Assembly (NCBI RefSeq): GCF_009914755.1
Contig: NC_060943.1
Direction: 5' to 3' (one strand)
DNA: 64,000 nucleotides
Source of the DNA: the human T2T-CHM13v2.0 reference genome, Homo sapiens
Both the position numbers and the translations under genes were made by a program. Below, one piece after another: positions 43,118-63,331 of this stretch. Within the stretch, counting starts at the first letter, position 1. The number at the start of each line of letters is the position of its first letter. Under the pieces are notes generated by a model. The model saw only the letters and a program-made list of their open reading frames with translations. It was not told the DNA's origin and made no database searches.

Positions 43118-46100
43118 TTCCCCCCTTTGAGAATCTCACTTATTAATGGGAGTTCTCACTTTCATCCTTACTACCTAGGTCTTCCTGCAAGACAGATCAA
43201 TAGTGGTTAATGTAATACACTTGTGCTGAAACATTTTGGTGGACCAAGGTAGTGACAAAGCTTCTCATTATTTGAAGGAGCACAGGTAGCAAGCAGGGGA
43301 GTAACAAGCAGGTTTCTATTATTATTATTATTTCTATTATAAGTGTTTTAAATCCTCCTAGTGCTGGAAACCATTTTCCAAATACAGATTTAGGATTAAA
43401 CCCATGCCAAAGCTGTACAGGCACATGTGCCAACTTTGTTATGTCCTTAACTATGTTTTTGACTACTTGCCCTTGATTATTTATATGCAGACAGCAATTG
43501 GTTAGGTTAAATTTTCCATAGACCCCTCCTTTAGCTGCTAGCAAGTAGTCTAGGGCCAGTCTATTTTGATAGATAGCATTTTTCATCTGGGTTTCTTACC
43601 GGGCTAAAACAGTTAAAGCTCTGCCAGTTTTAGTAGTGATTATTTCTAAGATAGCTTGTAACCATATGATCCGGTTGAGCATGTAAATGGGGGTCTCTTT
43701 TTTTTCTGTTTTAGCTATTTTTTTTACTTCTATTACCTAGAAAAGAACTAGTTTTTAAATCTTATTTCAAAGACTGTGATCATGGGAGGCTCAGATGGGT
43801 TATGGTACACATCAGGTCGGGCATTTCCTGGGTTACACACTTTGTACTGAGTGGTGTTATACAGGCAAGTTCCTTTTAAAGTTCCTAGGCATTCATAATA
43901 ACTAGAAAACCGAAAGATTGTTTTAACTTGTTGCCCTACCTCAGTAACCTGATGAATACACTGGGAACAATCTTCCATGTGGGGAAAATCAGTTGAAGTC
44001 CTTATTCTACAAGTCCAAATTTTAAGGAGAATAAGTCCCATGATGAGTTTCCTCATGCTTTGGCCGCACATAGACCAGTCAGCTTCCAGGTGTGACAGGA
44101 GCAGGGCTTGTCGTCTTTTTCAGAGTCACTTTGCAGGGGTTTTCCAGGTTTGGTCCTGCCTCCCAGGAGCTGCAGGTTTTACATGACTGTGGTGGATCCA
44201 GGCCGGGATTCCCTCTACCTTCACGGTGGTGTGAGTGGTCTGTGGTCCCTTCCACCATGGGCACAAGGGGGCTACATTCCAGTCCTTGATCCACACTCTA
44301 TTACCTGGGGAGAAAGGGTGAACTGGGGAGAATAAGCTAATGGGGCGTTTCTCGTTTACCTAGGCTGAGATTGTTCGTGTAATTTTTCGTAAGGCCTGTA
44401 GCTGTCGCTGTAACTTAATTTCACCTAATTCTCAGGGAGTGCCTGGAAGTCCCCATACTATGGGAGGAGGGCTATGATATAATATTTCATAAGGGGAATA
44501 TCCTGTTTTTCTAGAAGGGGTAAATTTAATCTTAATACCACAGGGAGAGCTTGTACACACTTTAATCCTGTTTCTTGACACACTTTCCCTAAACTATTTT
44601 TGATAGTCCAATTCATCCACTCCACCTTTCCGGAACTCTGAGGTTGGTAGGCAGCATGCAGTATCCATGTGATCCCCAATACCTTTGCTGTCTTCTGTAC
44701 CAAGTCAGCCACAAACGCTGGCCTGTTATCTGAGCCAATTCGTAAGGGCAGTTCAAACCTAGGAATAAGATCTTGAAGAAGCACACGGGTTACTTCACCA
44801 GCTTTCTCAGTTCGCGTTGGATAAGCTTCCACCCACCCAGAGTATGTACACACAAGAACTAGTAAATACTTGTTATCTTCACATTTTGGCATTTCTGTGA
44901 AGTCTACCTGCAGATCTTCAAAGGGGGCTGCTCCATAAGCTTGTATGCCAGCCGGGACGGTTGGACCCTGCCTTGCATTGTGTTGTTGGCAGGTAATACA
45001 TCGCTGTGCCACTGTTTCAGCAAGGGCTGATAAATGTGAGATGTAGAAGTACCGGCTTAACAACTTTTGAAGTGACTCCTGGCCTAGATGGGTGGTTTTA
45101 TGCACAGCCAGTATGACTGTGGCTCCCAGCAGCTGTGGCACAGCTACTCTCCCATCCAGTAACCACATCCATCCTTCTTCCATCACCTGTCCTCCCTCTG
45201 CCTGGAGAAAGTCCTTTTCTTCTTTAGAATAAGTGGGTACAAGGTAGGCCACTGGCCTTGGCCAGGGCCCCACAGTCTGGGTTAGAACTCCAACTGCCTT
45301 TTTTTCTTTTTCTGACACAGTGTAAAAGGCTTTGTTAGATTAGGTAGCCCCAGGGCTGGGACTGACATAAGTTTTTCCTTTAACTCATGAAAGGCTCACT
45401 GTTGTTGGGATTCCCATTCAAAAGGTTCCCAGCACCCCTCTTTGTGACCCCATATAGAGGTTTGGCCAGTACTGCAAAGTTTGGGATCCACAGTCTGCAG
45501 AACCCTACTGCTCCTAAGAATTCTCTCACCTGCCTTCTGGTTTTAGGTTGCAATAGGCTGCAGATGACCTGCTTTCTTTCTGAGCTTGATTGACCAAGCA
45601 CAAGTCCTGTACTGGCCTGTAGTTCTTGGTCCCTGGCTTGGGAACAGGCAGGAGGGTAGTGTTCCATGGAGACTGGCAAAGGACTATAATTCCAAAGGCT
45701 CTCAAGTGCTTGAGGTGGACCTGGATTCCTTCAAGAGCTTCTCTAGGGAACCGGGTACTGTTTTTGCCTGACCGGCTGGGCCCCAGGCTTAACTTCTGTA
45801 GGTACGGGGGTTTGGTTGACTGCCAGCCCTGGAGGGTTGTCTTCTGCCCACACCTTTGACCATCACTTAGCCAGAGCTGGTCTTATCTCTTGACCTGGCT
45901 CGGTTAAGAAAAGTCTTCATTCCTCCTCCTGGGGGACAGTAAGGGCCATGATGACTCCCTTTCCGGGTAACTTTAGCTGTAAAAGAGCTGTGCTCTGTAA
46001 GAGAGATGGTGGCTCTCAGCTTGCTAAGCAAGTCCCTTCCCAGCAAGGGCAAGGAGAAGTCGGGCATGTACAAGAACTGGTGGATTACTTCATGTACCCC

Positions 46101-47070
46101 TATAGTACAAGTGCAGGGCAAGCAGAAAGCTTGTTTTGCCGAGACTCGTGTGGCTTCGATTATATCAATAGTCTTTTTGGATAAGGGGGTGACCGGGGTG
46201 GTTACTACTGAATATTCAGCACCAGTATCGACAAGAAACTCTATGTCCTTGTCCCTGACTGTCATCCTGACCATGGGCTCGTTAGGGGCACCTGAGCCTG
46301 GTCCCCCTTAGTCCAGTAGCCCTTCTGCCAGATTAAACAAGGCCCTTTCATCCTTGCCTGAGACCTCTGGCTTGGAGCCATTTTGTTTCTTCTTTAACTG
46401 GGGGCACTTGTCTTTCCAGTCTTAGATCGTAAATGAGCTGCCAAGGGAGGGGTTTCTCCCGCAGCTTCACATTCTCTCTTGTCTGTTCTGGGTGGTCTAG
46501 GGGTGTATCTGTCCAGAGGAGGCACAGGTGCTGTGGGCTCAGGAGTGGGGAGTCTCTCTTCTAGGTAAGGACGGGGGGCATTGCTGTGCCATTTCCTGCC
46601 ATGGGTCCTCTGACATTGGGTCAGATAGAACTTTAGGAGCTGACTTCCCTTGGCGGGTGGGGAGAGATCCCTCATTGGCTATCTGTCCCTTTGCCACTAA
46701 CACTGCTGCTGCCTGTCCTCTCAACCACTGTGGGGGGTCTAAAACCAGCTGTAACTAAGTGTCTGTGTACAGGAACTTGTCTGGATACCCTGGCTTACAG
46801 GTAATCTTGTGCCATACCTTTGAAATAAGGGACCTATCCAGGCTTCCTTCTGATGGCCAACCCACCTCTAATGCTGGCCAGTCTGTCTCACACAAAGTTC
46901 TAAGTTTTCCTGGTGTTATAGTAACTCCATAGTCTCCCTTAAATCCCTTTTTGAAATTTTTTATAACATAGTTCCTAGTGGGGTGGGCTTACTTTGTGTC
47001 TGACCCATTTTTCTTTCGAGACAAGACAACACTCACACTACAAGAGGGAAAGGGTAAAGGTCACTCACGC
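43118..47070 (-). mobile_element. Internally deleted HERV-E/Harlequin-type provirus (gag-pro-pol-env remnants), 5' LTR missing
   Basis: gag MGQTQSKPTPLG at 47008; protease FLVDTGA; integrase HHCC and D-D-E; env leader MRKLIMGLILLKIW...CSQCIHQVTEVG and [15 protein letters not shown]. Confidence 0.88.
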
Positions 47071-47270
47071 GTGGTGGTACATGCCTATAATCCCAGCTAC
47101 TCGGGAGGCTGAGGCAGGAGAATCGCTTGAACCCCGGTGGTGAGCCAATATCACGCCATTGTACTCCAGCCTGGGCAACAAGAGTGAAACTCTGTCTCAA
47201 AAAATAAATAAATAAATAAATTGCTTTATGGAAGAAAGTAAGTATAGATGGAGAGAAAGGGATCTGATAA

Positions 47271-47567
<297 letters not shown>

Positions 47568-47723
47568 TAGCTCATGAATGCTGTTGAGTGATTTTGAACA
47601 TAGACAGGAAATACCTTGATGAATAAATGAGGCATGGCTGCAGTAAATCATGGGCACAGAATCTAATAATTTTTTCACAATTTTATACTGCTTCAGGACT
47701 ATTTTTCTGTGTCTGTATTTTAG

Positions 47724-47784
47724 GAAAAAAATGGAGTGACCAGAACATTGAATATGAGTACCAAAACCCCAGAAGAAGCTTCAG
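47724..47784 (+). CDS. ZNF700: KRAB-B-type exon (61 bp)
   Basis: (G)[19 protein letters not shown](R); ag/gt boundaries. Confidence 0.92.
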
Positions 47785-48432
47785 GTAATTTGCATTTCCA
47801 AGAGAAAGCAGTGTCTCTCTGCACAATCTTAGAATATGAGAATATGTTGAAGAGAAGTAAAACAAAGAACTAAATCCAGCATCAAATTCATTTCTTCTTA
47901 GAATATTTTCTCAAAAAACATATATTTAAACGTGACTGAGGCTGAGGGCTCACTCCTGTAATCCCAGTCCTTTGAGAAGTGGAGATAGGAGGATAGCTTG
48001 AGGCCATCAGTTCCAGAACAGCCTGTGCAACATAACGAGACCACATATCAACAACAGCAAAAAATTAGCTGGGCATTGTGGTGTGTATGCATCGGTAGTC
48101 CCAGCTACTCAGGAGGCGAAGGCAGGAGGATCACTCGAGACTTCAGGAGTTAAAGGCTGCAGTAAGCTATGATGATATCACTGTACTCCAGCATGGGCAA
48201 CAGGACAAGAACTGGACTCAAAAGAAAAATGACATACAGTATTTAGTAATTGTAAAATAGTTTACATGGGAATACTATTAAGAAGCCCCTTATGAATATT
48301 TTTTTAAACAATAGGTATGGCTGGGTCATCTTGTAGAACATGTCCAGTCACCTTCAAACGATTCAGACAGGGCAGAAAGCCTACACTTTGATGGACAGTG
48401 TTAAAAATGCAAGTGCAATACTTGTTGATTAA

Positions 48433-50880
<2,448 letters not shown>

Positions 50881-50943
50881 TAATTAATGTAAACAATTAT
50901 CATAAGTATACTAACATGTTATTCTTTTTAAATAAGAAGGTAT

Positions 50944-50949
50944 AATAAA
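50944..50949 (+). terminator. Putative polyadenylation signal of ZNF700
   Basis: AATAAA just after the relic array; also present at the paralogous position 13420-13425. Confidence 0.55.
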
Positions 50950-50974
50950 ATATCCCATTGGTTTTATGTATTAG

Positions 50975-51510
<536 letters not shown>

Positions 51511-52819
51511 TCACTGCCACCTCCGCCTCCTAGGTTCAAGTGATTCTCCTGCTTCAGCCTCCTGAGTAGCTGGGACTACAGGCGTGCCCCACCTCACCCA
51601 GCTAGTATTCGTATTTTTTTAGTAGAGATGGGATTTCACCATATTAGCCAGACTGGTCTCAAACTCCGGACCTCGTGATCTGCCCACCTCGGCTTCCTAA
51701 AGTACTGGGATTACAGACATGAGCCACTGGGCCCGGCCTCAACCCTAATTTTTCATTCACTCATTATGCCAAAAGTTATCTCATATACCTCTGAGTGCCT
51801 TCTTCCCCAAAACCACCAGTGCCATACCTGCTGTCAGCAAGGGTGTAATATACTGTAGTGGTAAATATGACCACAAGTCATAAATGACTGTGGGATGTAT
51901 GAGAATTACAAGTCACATTAGTAAGAAGAGAAAAATTTTGGTCATGTTTATGATTTGAAATATGTTTTCTTTTATCACATTTAGAAATATAGTTATAAAA
52001 TATTCTCTTTTTTTGTCCTGATCCATCATGGTCACTGAGGAGCATCGTCTCATATGCCCGGTATGTGACTTGTGTCTCTCCAATGGTAAAAGCCTTGGCC
52101 TTGGCCAGACACTGTGGCTCACGCCTGTAATCACAGCACATTGGGAGGCTGAGGCAGGCGGATCACCTGAGGTCAATACTTTGAGACCAGCCTGACCAAT
52201 ATGATGAAACCCCATCTCTACTAAAATTACAAAAATTAGCCAGGTGTGGTTGCATGCTCCTGTAATCCTAGCTAGTCAGGAGGCTGAGACAGGAGAATCG
52301 CTTGAATCTCGGGGGAGGGCAGAGGTTGCAGTGAGCCAAGATGGCGCCATTGCACTCCTGCATGGGCAACAAGAGTGAAACTCCATCTCAAAAAAAAAGA
52401 CTTGGCCTTGTGATGAGGGGAGGTCAGCTCTAGACTCTTGGACCGGGTTTTGCCTTACTTATTCTCTAAAGACTAAAATATTTCCTAAAATGTATGGGCA
52501 CTGTTTACTAGAAAGTACCTTAGTTAAAACATACAAATTCATTTATGCCTTATAAAGCTATATTTTTTCAAATTGTTTTACTAAGTCATAGGAAGCTAAT
52601 ACAGTTGTGTAAATTGTCTGAATACAAGCCTTTCTTTCTCTGATAATGTGCTGTTGATGCTAACTTGTCAACAGCCTGCTTATCTCAGCAGTGTAAAGTT
52701 AACAGCAACGTGGAAAAGTAACTTTTATATATTATGCAATGGCATAGAACAATTCAGTCACTTCCCTTAAGGTACCAATGAAGCTGCTCTTCAGAAACCC
52801 TTATTTAAAAAACACTGTC

Positions 52820-53706
<887 letters not shown>

Positions 53707-54757
53707 CTGGTTAGACAAGGAAATCTGCAATTTTTGACTTGCAGCATTTAGAAATAAGTTATTTTAGCAATCCACACACTCGTGGTTTATTCTGAACTAA
53801 CTTGAGACAAACAGCTACAGATAGGGAATATCATGAGTATTTCCAAGACTAAAACTCTTCACAAAGTCAGTGGGACCCTCTCATGGGAGGGTTTTAAGAC
53901 CCACAATAAAAAAGGTGGGGAAACATTGAGTGGAAAGAGGGCAGCAGGTCAGGGGCCTTCCCCAGAGGCCTAACACACCCAACATTACCCTGGATGAAAA
54001 CAAATACATACCATAACATCACACTTTCTTCAATGTGTAACAGAGAAAATGAAATGTATTCAAAGGTAAGCTTTCAGAATTCCACTTTACACAATTAATA
54101 AGGTTTTAATATTACTCTGTGTTGATGTTAAGGAATTATTAAATATGAACAGCATTTTCTGGTTATATATGGAAAATACCTTGATTTATGAGGTATGAAA
54201 ATGCTCATTTTTACGTATGCATGTTTTACTTTTGTGCTTTTTTTATAAAACAAGGTGAAAAAACAGGAAAAAAATTTCAGATCAAGGAAGTTAAGCAGAT
54301 TAATAGGAGAAAAGTTATACAAATTTATTTAACATGTATATATGGGAGCCTTCAGAATGAAGACCCACCCAACAATAAGACAAAAACTTATATACCATTC
54401 CAGGGTAGGAAAGAATGCAGATGTGGCATGGCCAAAAAATCCCAGGTTTGATGGGTAAGTCAAGTTTAATAGCAAGACAGATTCTGCAAGAGGAAAGGAA
54501 GAAGCTTGGCTAGCAAAGCAGACCTTTTTATGCAGATGAAGGCTCCCTCAGAGAGAATAGGTGGGAAATTCTGCTTTTCATTCAGACTTTCATTTAGAAT
54601 TTTAAGTAATAGAGTCAGGATTATGCTATGTTGCTTGGGTTGCTCTCTAATTGTTTGTCTCAAGCAGTCCTCCCAGCTCAGCCTCCCAAAGTGCTGGGAT
54701 TCGAGGCATGAGCCACCATGCCCAGACAAGGTTTGTCTCCTTATAAAGAATTATTCA

Positions 54758-54892
<135 letters not shown>

Positions 54893-55189
54893 TTAGCTGG
54901 ATGTGGTGGCACATACCATATCCAGGAGGCTGAGGCAGAAGGAGAACCAAAGCCTGGGAGGTTGATGCTGCAGTGAGCTGTGATTGTGCCCCTGCACTCC
55001 AGCCTGGGTAATTGAGTGAGGGCCTTTGTTAAAAAACAAAAAACAAAAAAAATTGTTCACTTATTGCAGCTTCAGATTTTTTTTAATGAATTGTAAATTG
55101 CATTTTCATTACAATTGGAAAGATAAGAAAATTTTGCACAGAGCCCAGATAAAGACAGATTTCAGAAAAATATCATTTGTCTTATATAG

Positions 55190-55342
<153 letters not shown>

Positions 55343-55544
55343 TAGCTGGGACTACAGGCGCATACCACCATGCCTGGCTAATTTTTGTATTTTTAGTAGA
55401 GACTGGATTTCACCATATTGGGTAAGCTGGTCTCAAATTCCTGACCTTGTGATCCGCCCACCTCGGCATCCGAAAATGCTGGGATACAGGCGTGAGATAC
55501 CGTGCCCAGCCTGAAAATTCTTGTTTAATTTTTTTCTTCCTTAG

Positions 55545-55820
<276 letters not shown>

Positions 55821-57283
55821 TAACAGTTTCAGGGCTTAGCTTTGGGAATGCTGCTTGGGAAAAGAAATAGGGAAAATCTTTTATTACAGCTGGAGAAAAG
55901 GAATAAACTTCTACAACAAAGTATAGTAGATAATCAGTGAATTACAAAGATTCGGAAAAATATCAGTCCTCCTTTGCAGGTTGGAGAACTTGTAACGGTG
56001 GATAACTCTTCTCTTCCTGTTATCTGTGGGGTAAGACCTGGCTGGCAACTGTTGTGATATGTTTATATTCACATATGGTTAATGTGTAGTATGTGCTTTG
56101 TTATGGAAATCATAATGAAGTAATAATGTCCACCTTAATAAGATAATAAAATTCAGATAATATGATTAAATATTGAGTTTATGTGAACACAAAGTTTGAG
56201 GGTAGCCACTGGGGAAACACATCCTGAAGAGTGGGGTCACTGCTCCCACTCTTAACTGGAGAAGTTAAGTCTTCACTTCTGTAGGGCAAAATGAAGATGC
56301 TTAATAGGGTTACATTTTCCATACAAAGCCAATGCATATATTTCAATGATTTCATTGGTTGCCGCTTGCCAAATTGCAGCTTACCAAATTTCAAGGATGA
56401 TTGCTTTAACTTTTTGTAAGGAGGGGTAGTGGTATCAAAAGGATCCTACCTCTGGCACTTCTCAGTGTTTTCTAATGACTTATAGCCCAAGAACAAGGAA
56501 GAGAGTTAATCTTTTTGACATGCACACGGAAGGAGCAATTACATGGTAGCGTAAACACATTTCTCAATATGTTTATTGAGTGAAAGGGTTAGATACTTTC
56601 CCTGATGAGGGGTGATAGGTAAGTGCCTTATAATTTCCTTCCAGCCTATAATAAACCGAGTTTGAGAGATTTTGCCGGATTCTTCAAACACTGGGTATTT
56701 TCTCATTGAAACAGAGGCCTGAGTCCAGTGACTGCAAACTAAAGCCAGTGAGAAACCTACAAAGAGAGGTCATTGAAAGCTCACACCAGGCGCAGTGGCT
56801 CACACCTGTAATCCCAGCACTTTGGGAGGCCAAGGCAGATGGAGCATCTCAGGTAAGGAGTTTGATACCAACCTGGCCAAAATGGCGAAACCCCATCTCT
56901 ACTAAAAATACAAAAATTAGCCAGGTGTAGGGGCTCAAGCCTGTAATCTCAGCCATTCGGGAGGCTGAGGCATGAGAACTGCTTGAACTCGGGGCGGAGG
57001 CTGCAGTGAGCCAAGATCACACCATTGCACTTCAGATTGGATGACTGAGCAAGACTCTCCAAAAAAATAAATAAAGCTCACCTGGTTCTTCCCATGGTGC
57101 TCCCACTGCAGGTGTTTTCAGCTGCTCAAATTGACCATGGGAGGAGCGCTTTATACTGACAGAACCTCAGATCCCTGGAAAGCTAGGGATCCACAGGCAG
57201 ATACAGTACTCAGTGATGCCCTCCGCAAGTGACAGTTTTTGTCATGGAGCTTTTCCTAGACGTTTCTAGTGAAACAAATGTAG

Positions 57284-57509
<226 letters not shown>

Positions 57510-57759
57510 TAGCCAGGATGATCTCAATCTCCTGACCTCGTGATCTGCCTGCTTCGGCCTCCCAAAGTGCTGGGATTACAGGCGTGAGCCACCGTGCTCA
57601 GCCAAGAAGTAACTTTTAATTACCTTAATGACCCTGAAATCAGCTTGTCATTAGGAGAGGTCATAAAAAGAGTCTAGGTACTGAACTTGCAAGTAAAAAT
57701 AAAAATATTAAATAAATACATAAAGTGGGGTTGCATATAAGCCTAGAAGGGATCAGTCA

Positions 57760-58032
<273 letters not shown>

Positions 58033-58943
58033 CTACAGAACAAGACTGTCTCAAAAAAAGAAAAAAGTTCAGGGACCTGGAGGAAGGAGAGAAACTGAAG
58101 CATGCTTTGGTAGATAGATATTTCATTTTGACTAAAGATCACTAAAGAGAAAACTGTTCACCTAATGGTTTGTGAGGTAAATACTGGAATATCTAGTGGG
58201 TGTCTGGTTTGTCATAGGTAACAAACGTGGCACCATCTAATTCACCATGGGAAGCTTGTTTCATTGTAGTAAGGTGCTCTTGCACAACACAAAGGATGGG
58301 GGATTTCATGAATCACAGCCATTTTCAGGATTGCCCACCCACCCCCATCTCCTTTCCACACCCCTTACTCTTTTTCTATCCATGTCTCTGATTTGACTCG
58401 TCCTGAGTTGTATCCTTCATAGTAAGTGGGTAAATATAAGTGAACTGTGGGTAGTTCTATCAAATTATGGAACTTGAGTAAGGTGTTGTACAGGACCCAG
58501 GTCTAGATGCAGTTGCTGAGAAGTACAGGTGGCCCCTAGGGCTTTGAGTGGCATCTGCTGAGTGGGGCTGTGTTGGGTGAGCCAGGAACTCATGGAGTCT
58601 CTGCTAACTCTGGGTGGCTTCTGAATTGAGTGGTTGCATGACTGCTTAGTGCTGGAGAATTCGCTGGTGTTCAGCAAGCACCACACATCTGGTGTCAGAA
58701 ACAAAAGACACCATAGGTCAGAACCTTCCACTGACTCACAGTGAGCGAGTGGTCTTTGGTGGGCATTGAGACCCCGGTGGAAGGACTGTGTCCACACTGT
58801 GGGGAGGGGCTACAAGGGTGTTAGTAGAAGTCCCAGAAGTAATTTTCTGGCTGCTCACATTTCCCTCACACACTGCCTAGGAGTGGGCCAGCCTGGCCTG
58901 TGTCTCCACAGTCCAAGTGGTTCCTAAGCTTGGGAATGTGTAA

Positions 58944-59240
<297 letters not shown>

Positions 59241-61844
59241 TGACACCACACCTTGCTCATTTTTGTGTGTGTTTTTAGTAGTGACAGGGTTTCACCATGT
59301 TGACCAGGCTGGTCTCAAAGTCCTGACCTCAAGTGATCCACCTGCCTCAGCCTCCCAAAGTTCTGGGATTTCAGGCATGAGCCATTGCACCTGGCCACAT
59401 CTGAGAATTTTGTTTTATGATTTGGGTGTTAGGATTTTAATTAGCTGGTTGGAACCTTAATGAGTAGTTTGGTAACCTTTGCAGAAGGAAATAGTTTTTT
59501 AATAAGCTGTTTTATGCCAAGTCAAAATAATAACAATATGAATACTCAGACACATACCACCCCAAAAAATAAATAGGCCTTGGGCAGTTCTGGTGTGTCT
59601 CCTTGGTCTCACTTATTTTTGATATGCAAAGGTGATCAAAGTTTTGATTCTTTTTGTTATTCTTTGTATCTTTGTCATCTCTTTGTCACAAAGCAGAATT
59701 TTCCCACTTTTGAATTCTCAGTAACATAATGTTACCATTAATACACCATTAGTATTATGCTGAGAGGGTGTGTTTCTGGGTTTTTTGCCTGAGCCTGTTG
59801 TAGACATGCTGCTCTGTGAAGTTGTGGGTCATGTAATTGATTCTCTTATTTCGCTGCTTAATGGGACTTGAGTTGGTTCAAGTCTATCTTTTGATCTTAT
59901 TGATAGTACTCTTCTTGTTTTTGTCCCTAATTGGAAATAATTGCTGGCTTGTAGATTATGGATAAATTCAAATTTACTATGAAATGTCGATAGAGTATGA
60001 ATGTAACTTCTGAATTAACCATCTCACCTTTCATGCACGTGTCTTTATTCTTGTGATTTGTCAACACTTTGAATTATCTAACTCACTTTTTGTTGCCCAT
60101 CTACTCTTAAGTAGAATCTCTGTAAGATTATGTATTTTTTCACTGGTTGCCATTGGTTGAGCATTTTTCCTATATGATCTTTCATCTTCTGTGTTGCAGT
60201 TCCCAGTCATCCTCTTACATTTGACTAATTTGTAGTGTTTTTTTTTTCTTTTTTTTTTTTTTAGACAAGAGTTTGGCTCTGTTGTCCAGGCTGGAGTTCA
60301 GTGGCGTGATCTCACCTCACTGCAACCTCTGCCTCCTAGGTTCAAATAATTCTCGTGCCTTAGCGTCCCGGGGCGCATACCACCACCCCCAGCTAATTTT
60401 TGTATTTTTAGTAGAGATGGGGTTTCACCATGTTGGCCAGGATGGTCTCAATCTCTTGAACTCGTGATCTGCCCGCCTTGGCCTCCCAAAGTGCTGGGAT
60501 TACAGGCGTGCGCCACTGCGCCCGTCTCTTGTTTTCTTGTTTTTAATTTGAGACAACCTTGCTCTGTAGCCCAGCTGGAGTGCAGTGGTGTGGCCACTCA
60601 CTGCCCACTGCAGCATTAAGCTCCTAGGCTTGAGCAATCCTCTCACCTCAGCTTTCTGCCCAGATAATTTTTAAAAGTTTTTTGTAGAGACAGGGGTCTC
60701 AGTGTTTTGCCCAGGCTGGTCTCAAACTCCTGGGCTCAATGAATCCTCCTGCCTTCGCCTCCCAAGGTGCTAGGATTGCAGACATGATCCACCACGCTCA
60801 GCAATGAGCGGTTTTTTTTTTTTTTTAAACCAAGATATCTGTACATGTTTCTGACAAATATTTTATTTAAAATCTTTAACAACTGCATACTAACCAAGGT
60901 TATTCTGTTTTTCATTTTCATTATGACTACTTGTTTTTCTTTCTTATTCTCATTTTTTACCTAATTAAAATAATTTACCATGTAGTGGCCCTGGCATGCA
61001 TTTTGCTCCTTCATACAGTCATACAGCTACCTCGATGTCCCTTCTTTCTGCCATTCTGAAATTGGACCTCATTCCTTGACTCTTGCTCCCCATCTGCTAT
61101 GTGATAAAGTCCTGTCTGATTACATTGTCTCCAAAGCCTCTTTTATAGACTTCCATTTGCCCCTTGGCATGTCTTGCATTTACTCTCCTCGAAATATATA
61201 CTTAGAGGCCAGGTGTGGTGACTCACACCTGTAATCCCAGCACTTTGGGAGGCCGAGGCAGGAGGATCCCTTGAGCCCAGGAATTTAAAACCAGCCAGCG
61301 CCACAGAGGGAGACCCTGTCTTAAAAACAAAATTTATATGTACAAGCCCTAAACCCCAACACGGTCATATTTGGACACGACGAACCTTTTAGGATATCAC
61401 ATAACATTTATAAAAGAGGGCCCTCATAATGGGATTAGTGAGAGAGAGAGAGAACTCTGTCTCTCCAACATGTGAGGACAAAGCAAGAAGGCATCTAGCT
61501 GCAAGCCAGGAAGATAGCCTTCACTAGGAACAAAATTGCTGGCAGCAAGATTTTGGATTCCCCAAGCTCCAGAACTGTGAGAAACAAATTTCTGCTGTTT
61601 AAGAAACTGAGTCCATGGTGTTTTGTTATACTAGCCTGAGCTAAGTCACCCCAAGAGTCCTCACATTAACCATATACTGTCATACAAGTGCTGCATTTGG
61701 ATCTACCTGGAATGTCTCCAAATTTTCTGCTTTTCCTCTTGGACCCATTGTGAGAATAGGTTTGCTTCACAGGAAACTGCTGGTAATAGTAGTGATAGCC
61801 TAACAGCTAGGGACAAAAAGGAAACTTTCTTTTTCTTTTTCTGA

Positions 61845-62202
<358 letters not shown>

Positions 62203-63284
62203 TAGAAACTAGGTCTCACTATGTTGCCCAGGGTGGTCATAGCCCAAGATTTTGGTCTCCAGCGATCTATCTGCCTTGGCCACCCCAGTGCTGGGATTAA
62301 GGCGTAAGAAACTGTGCTCGGCCAAATGAACGAAACTTAGTGGGAGGACGGGCGTGGTGGCTCACACCTGTAATCCCAGCACTTGGGAGGCTGAGGGGGG
62401 TGGATCACCTGAGCTCAGGAGTTCAAGACCAGCCTGGACAACATGGTGAAACGCTGTCTCTACTAAAAATACAAAAAATTAGCCGGGCATGATACTCCCA
62501 CTCTCATAGTGAGAGAAAGATTCTTTCTTAAGGATTCTACCTGCTGGAAAGCATTATATACTGCCAGCACTTGTTCAATACAAGACTTTCTGGTTTCATC
62601 TCCATGTCCTGTTTCCCAGGCTGGAGTGCAGTGGTGGGATCATAGCTCACTGCAGAAACTCCTGGGCTCAAGGGATCCTCCTGCCTTAGCCTCCCAAGTA
62701 GCTGGGAATAAAGGCACATGCCAACATGCCCGACTGTTTTTAAATTTTTTTGTACATATGGAGTCTCACTATATTGCCCAGGCTGTTCTTGAACTCCCAG
62801 GCTCAAGTGACCCCCCCCCACCTCAGCCTCCCAAAGTGCTGAGATTACAGTCATGGACCAATACTCCCAGCCCTGAAACAGATATATTTCAAAGGGAGAA
62901 CATCTAATGTTCAAGTTGGTATCTATAGAGCAGTTAACCGGAACTATCATTTAGGGTCTGTGGGATTCTAGGACACTAGGTATGAAACAAATATGAGGAA
63001 GGTCAGAGAACAAGCTGACTTAATGATTAATGCTGAAGGTGCTGCAAGCTTGGTTTAAGTTTTCCTCCTCCCATCCTCCCTGATGAATTTGATAAAGTTT
63101 AAAGGGATGGTTTCACCAGGGGCTTTTTCCATTGACTGCAAGGAGGTCATCCTGCCTGGTAAATCCTCAGTAGGCCAAGCCTCTTATGTGGCGGAATGAT
63201 CCAGTCGATGAGGAAATATCACCACCTGTTATGTTTTACAATTAGACCATCCAAGGGGGTCAGGGTTTCCCCAGGTAGTTTGGT

Positions 63285-63295
63285 GAGAGAGAGAG

Positions 63296-63327
<32 letters not shown>
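63285..63327. repeat. Compound (GA)n(GT)n microsatellite
   Basis: Direct reading; sits at the tail of an antisense Alu. Confidence 0.95.

Positions 63328-63331
<4 letters not shown>

Noticed and set aside
43197-44071. Env ORFs as a domesticated syncytin-like gene
   Set aside because: Most of SU and the fusion peptide region are deleted, the CX6CC first Cys is mutated, and the frames are broken
47060-47075. HERV truncation falls at a GTGAGT donor-like motif on the minus strand
   Set aside because: The retained side would be the intron side and host DNA was lost too, so a DNA deletion explains it; probably coincidence
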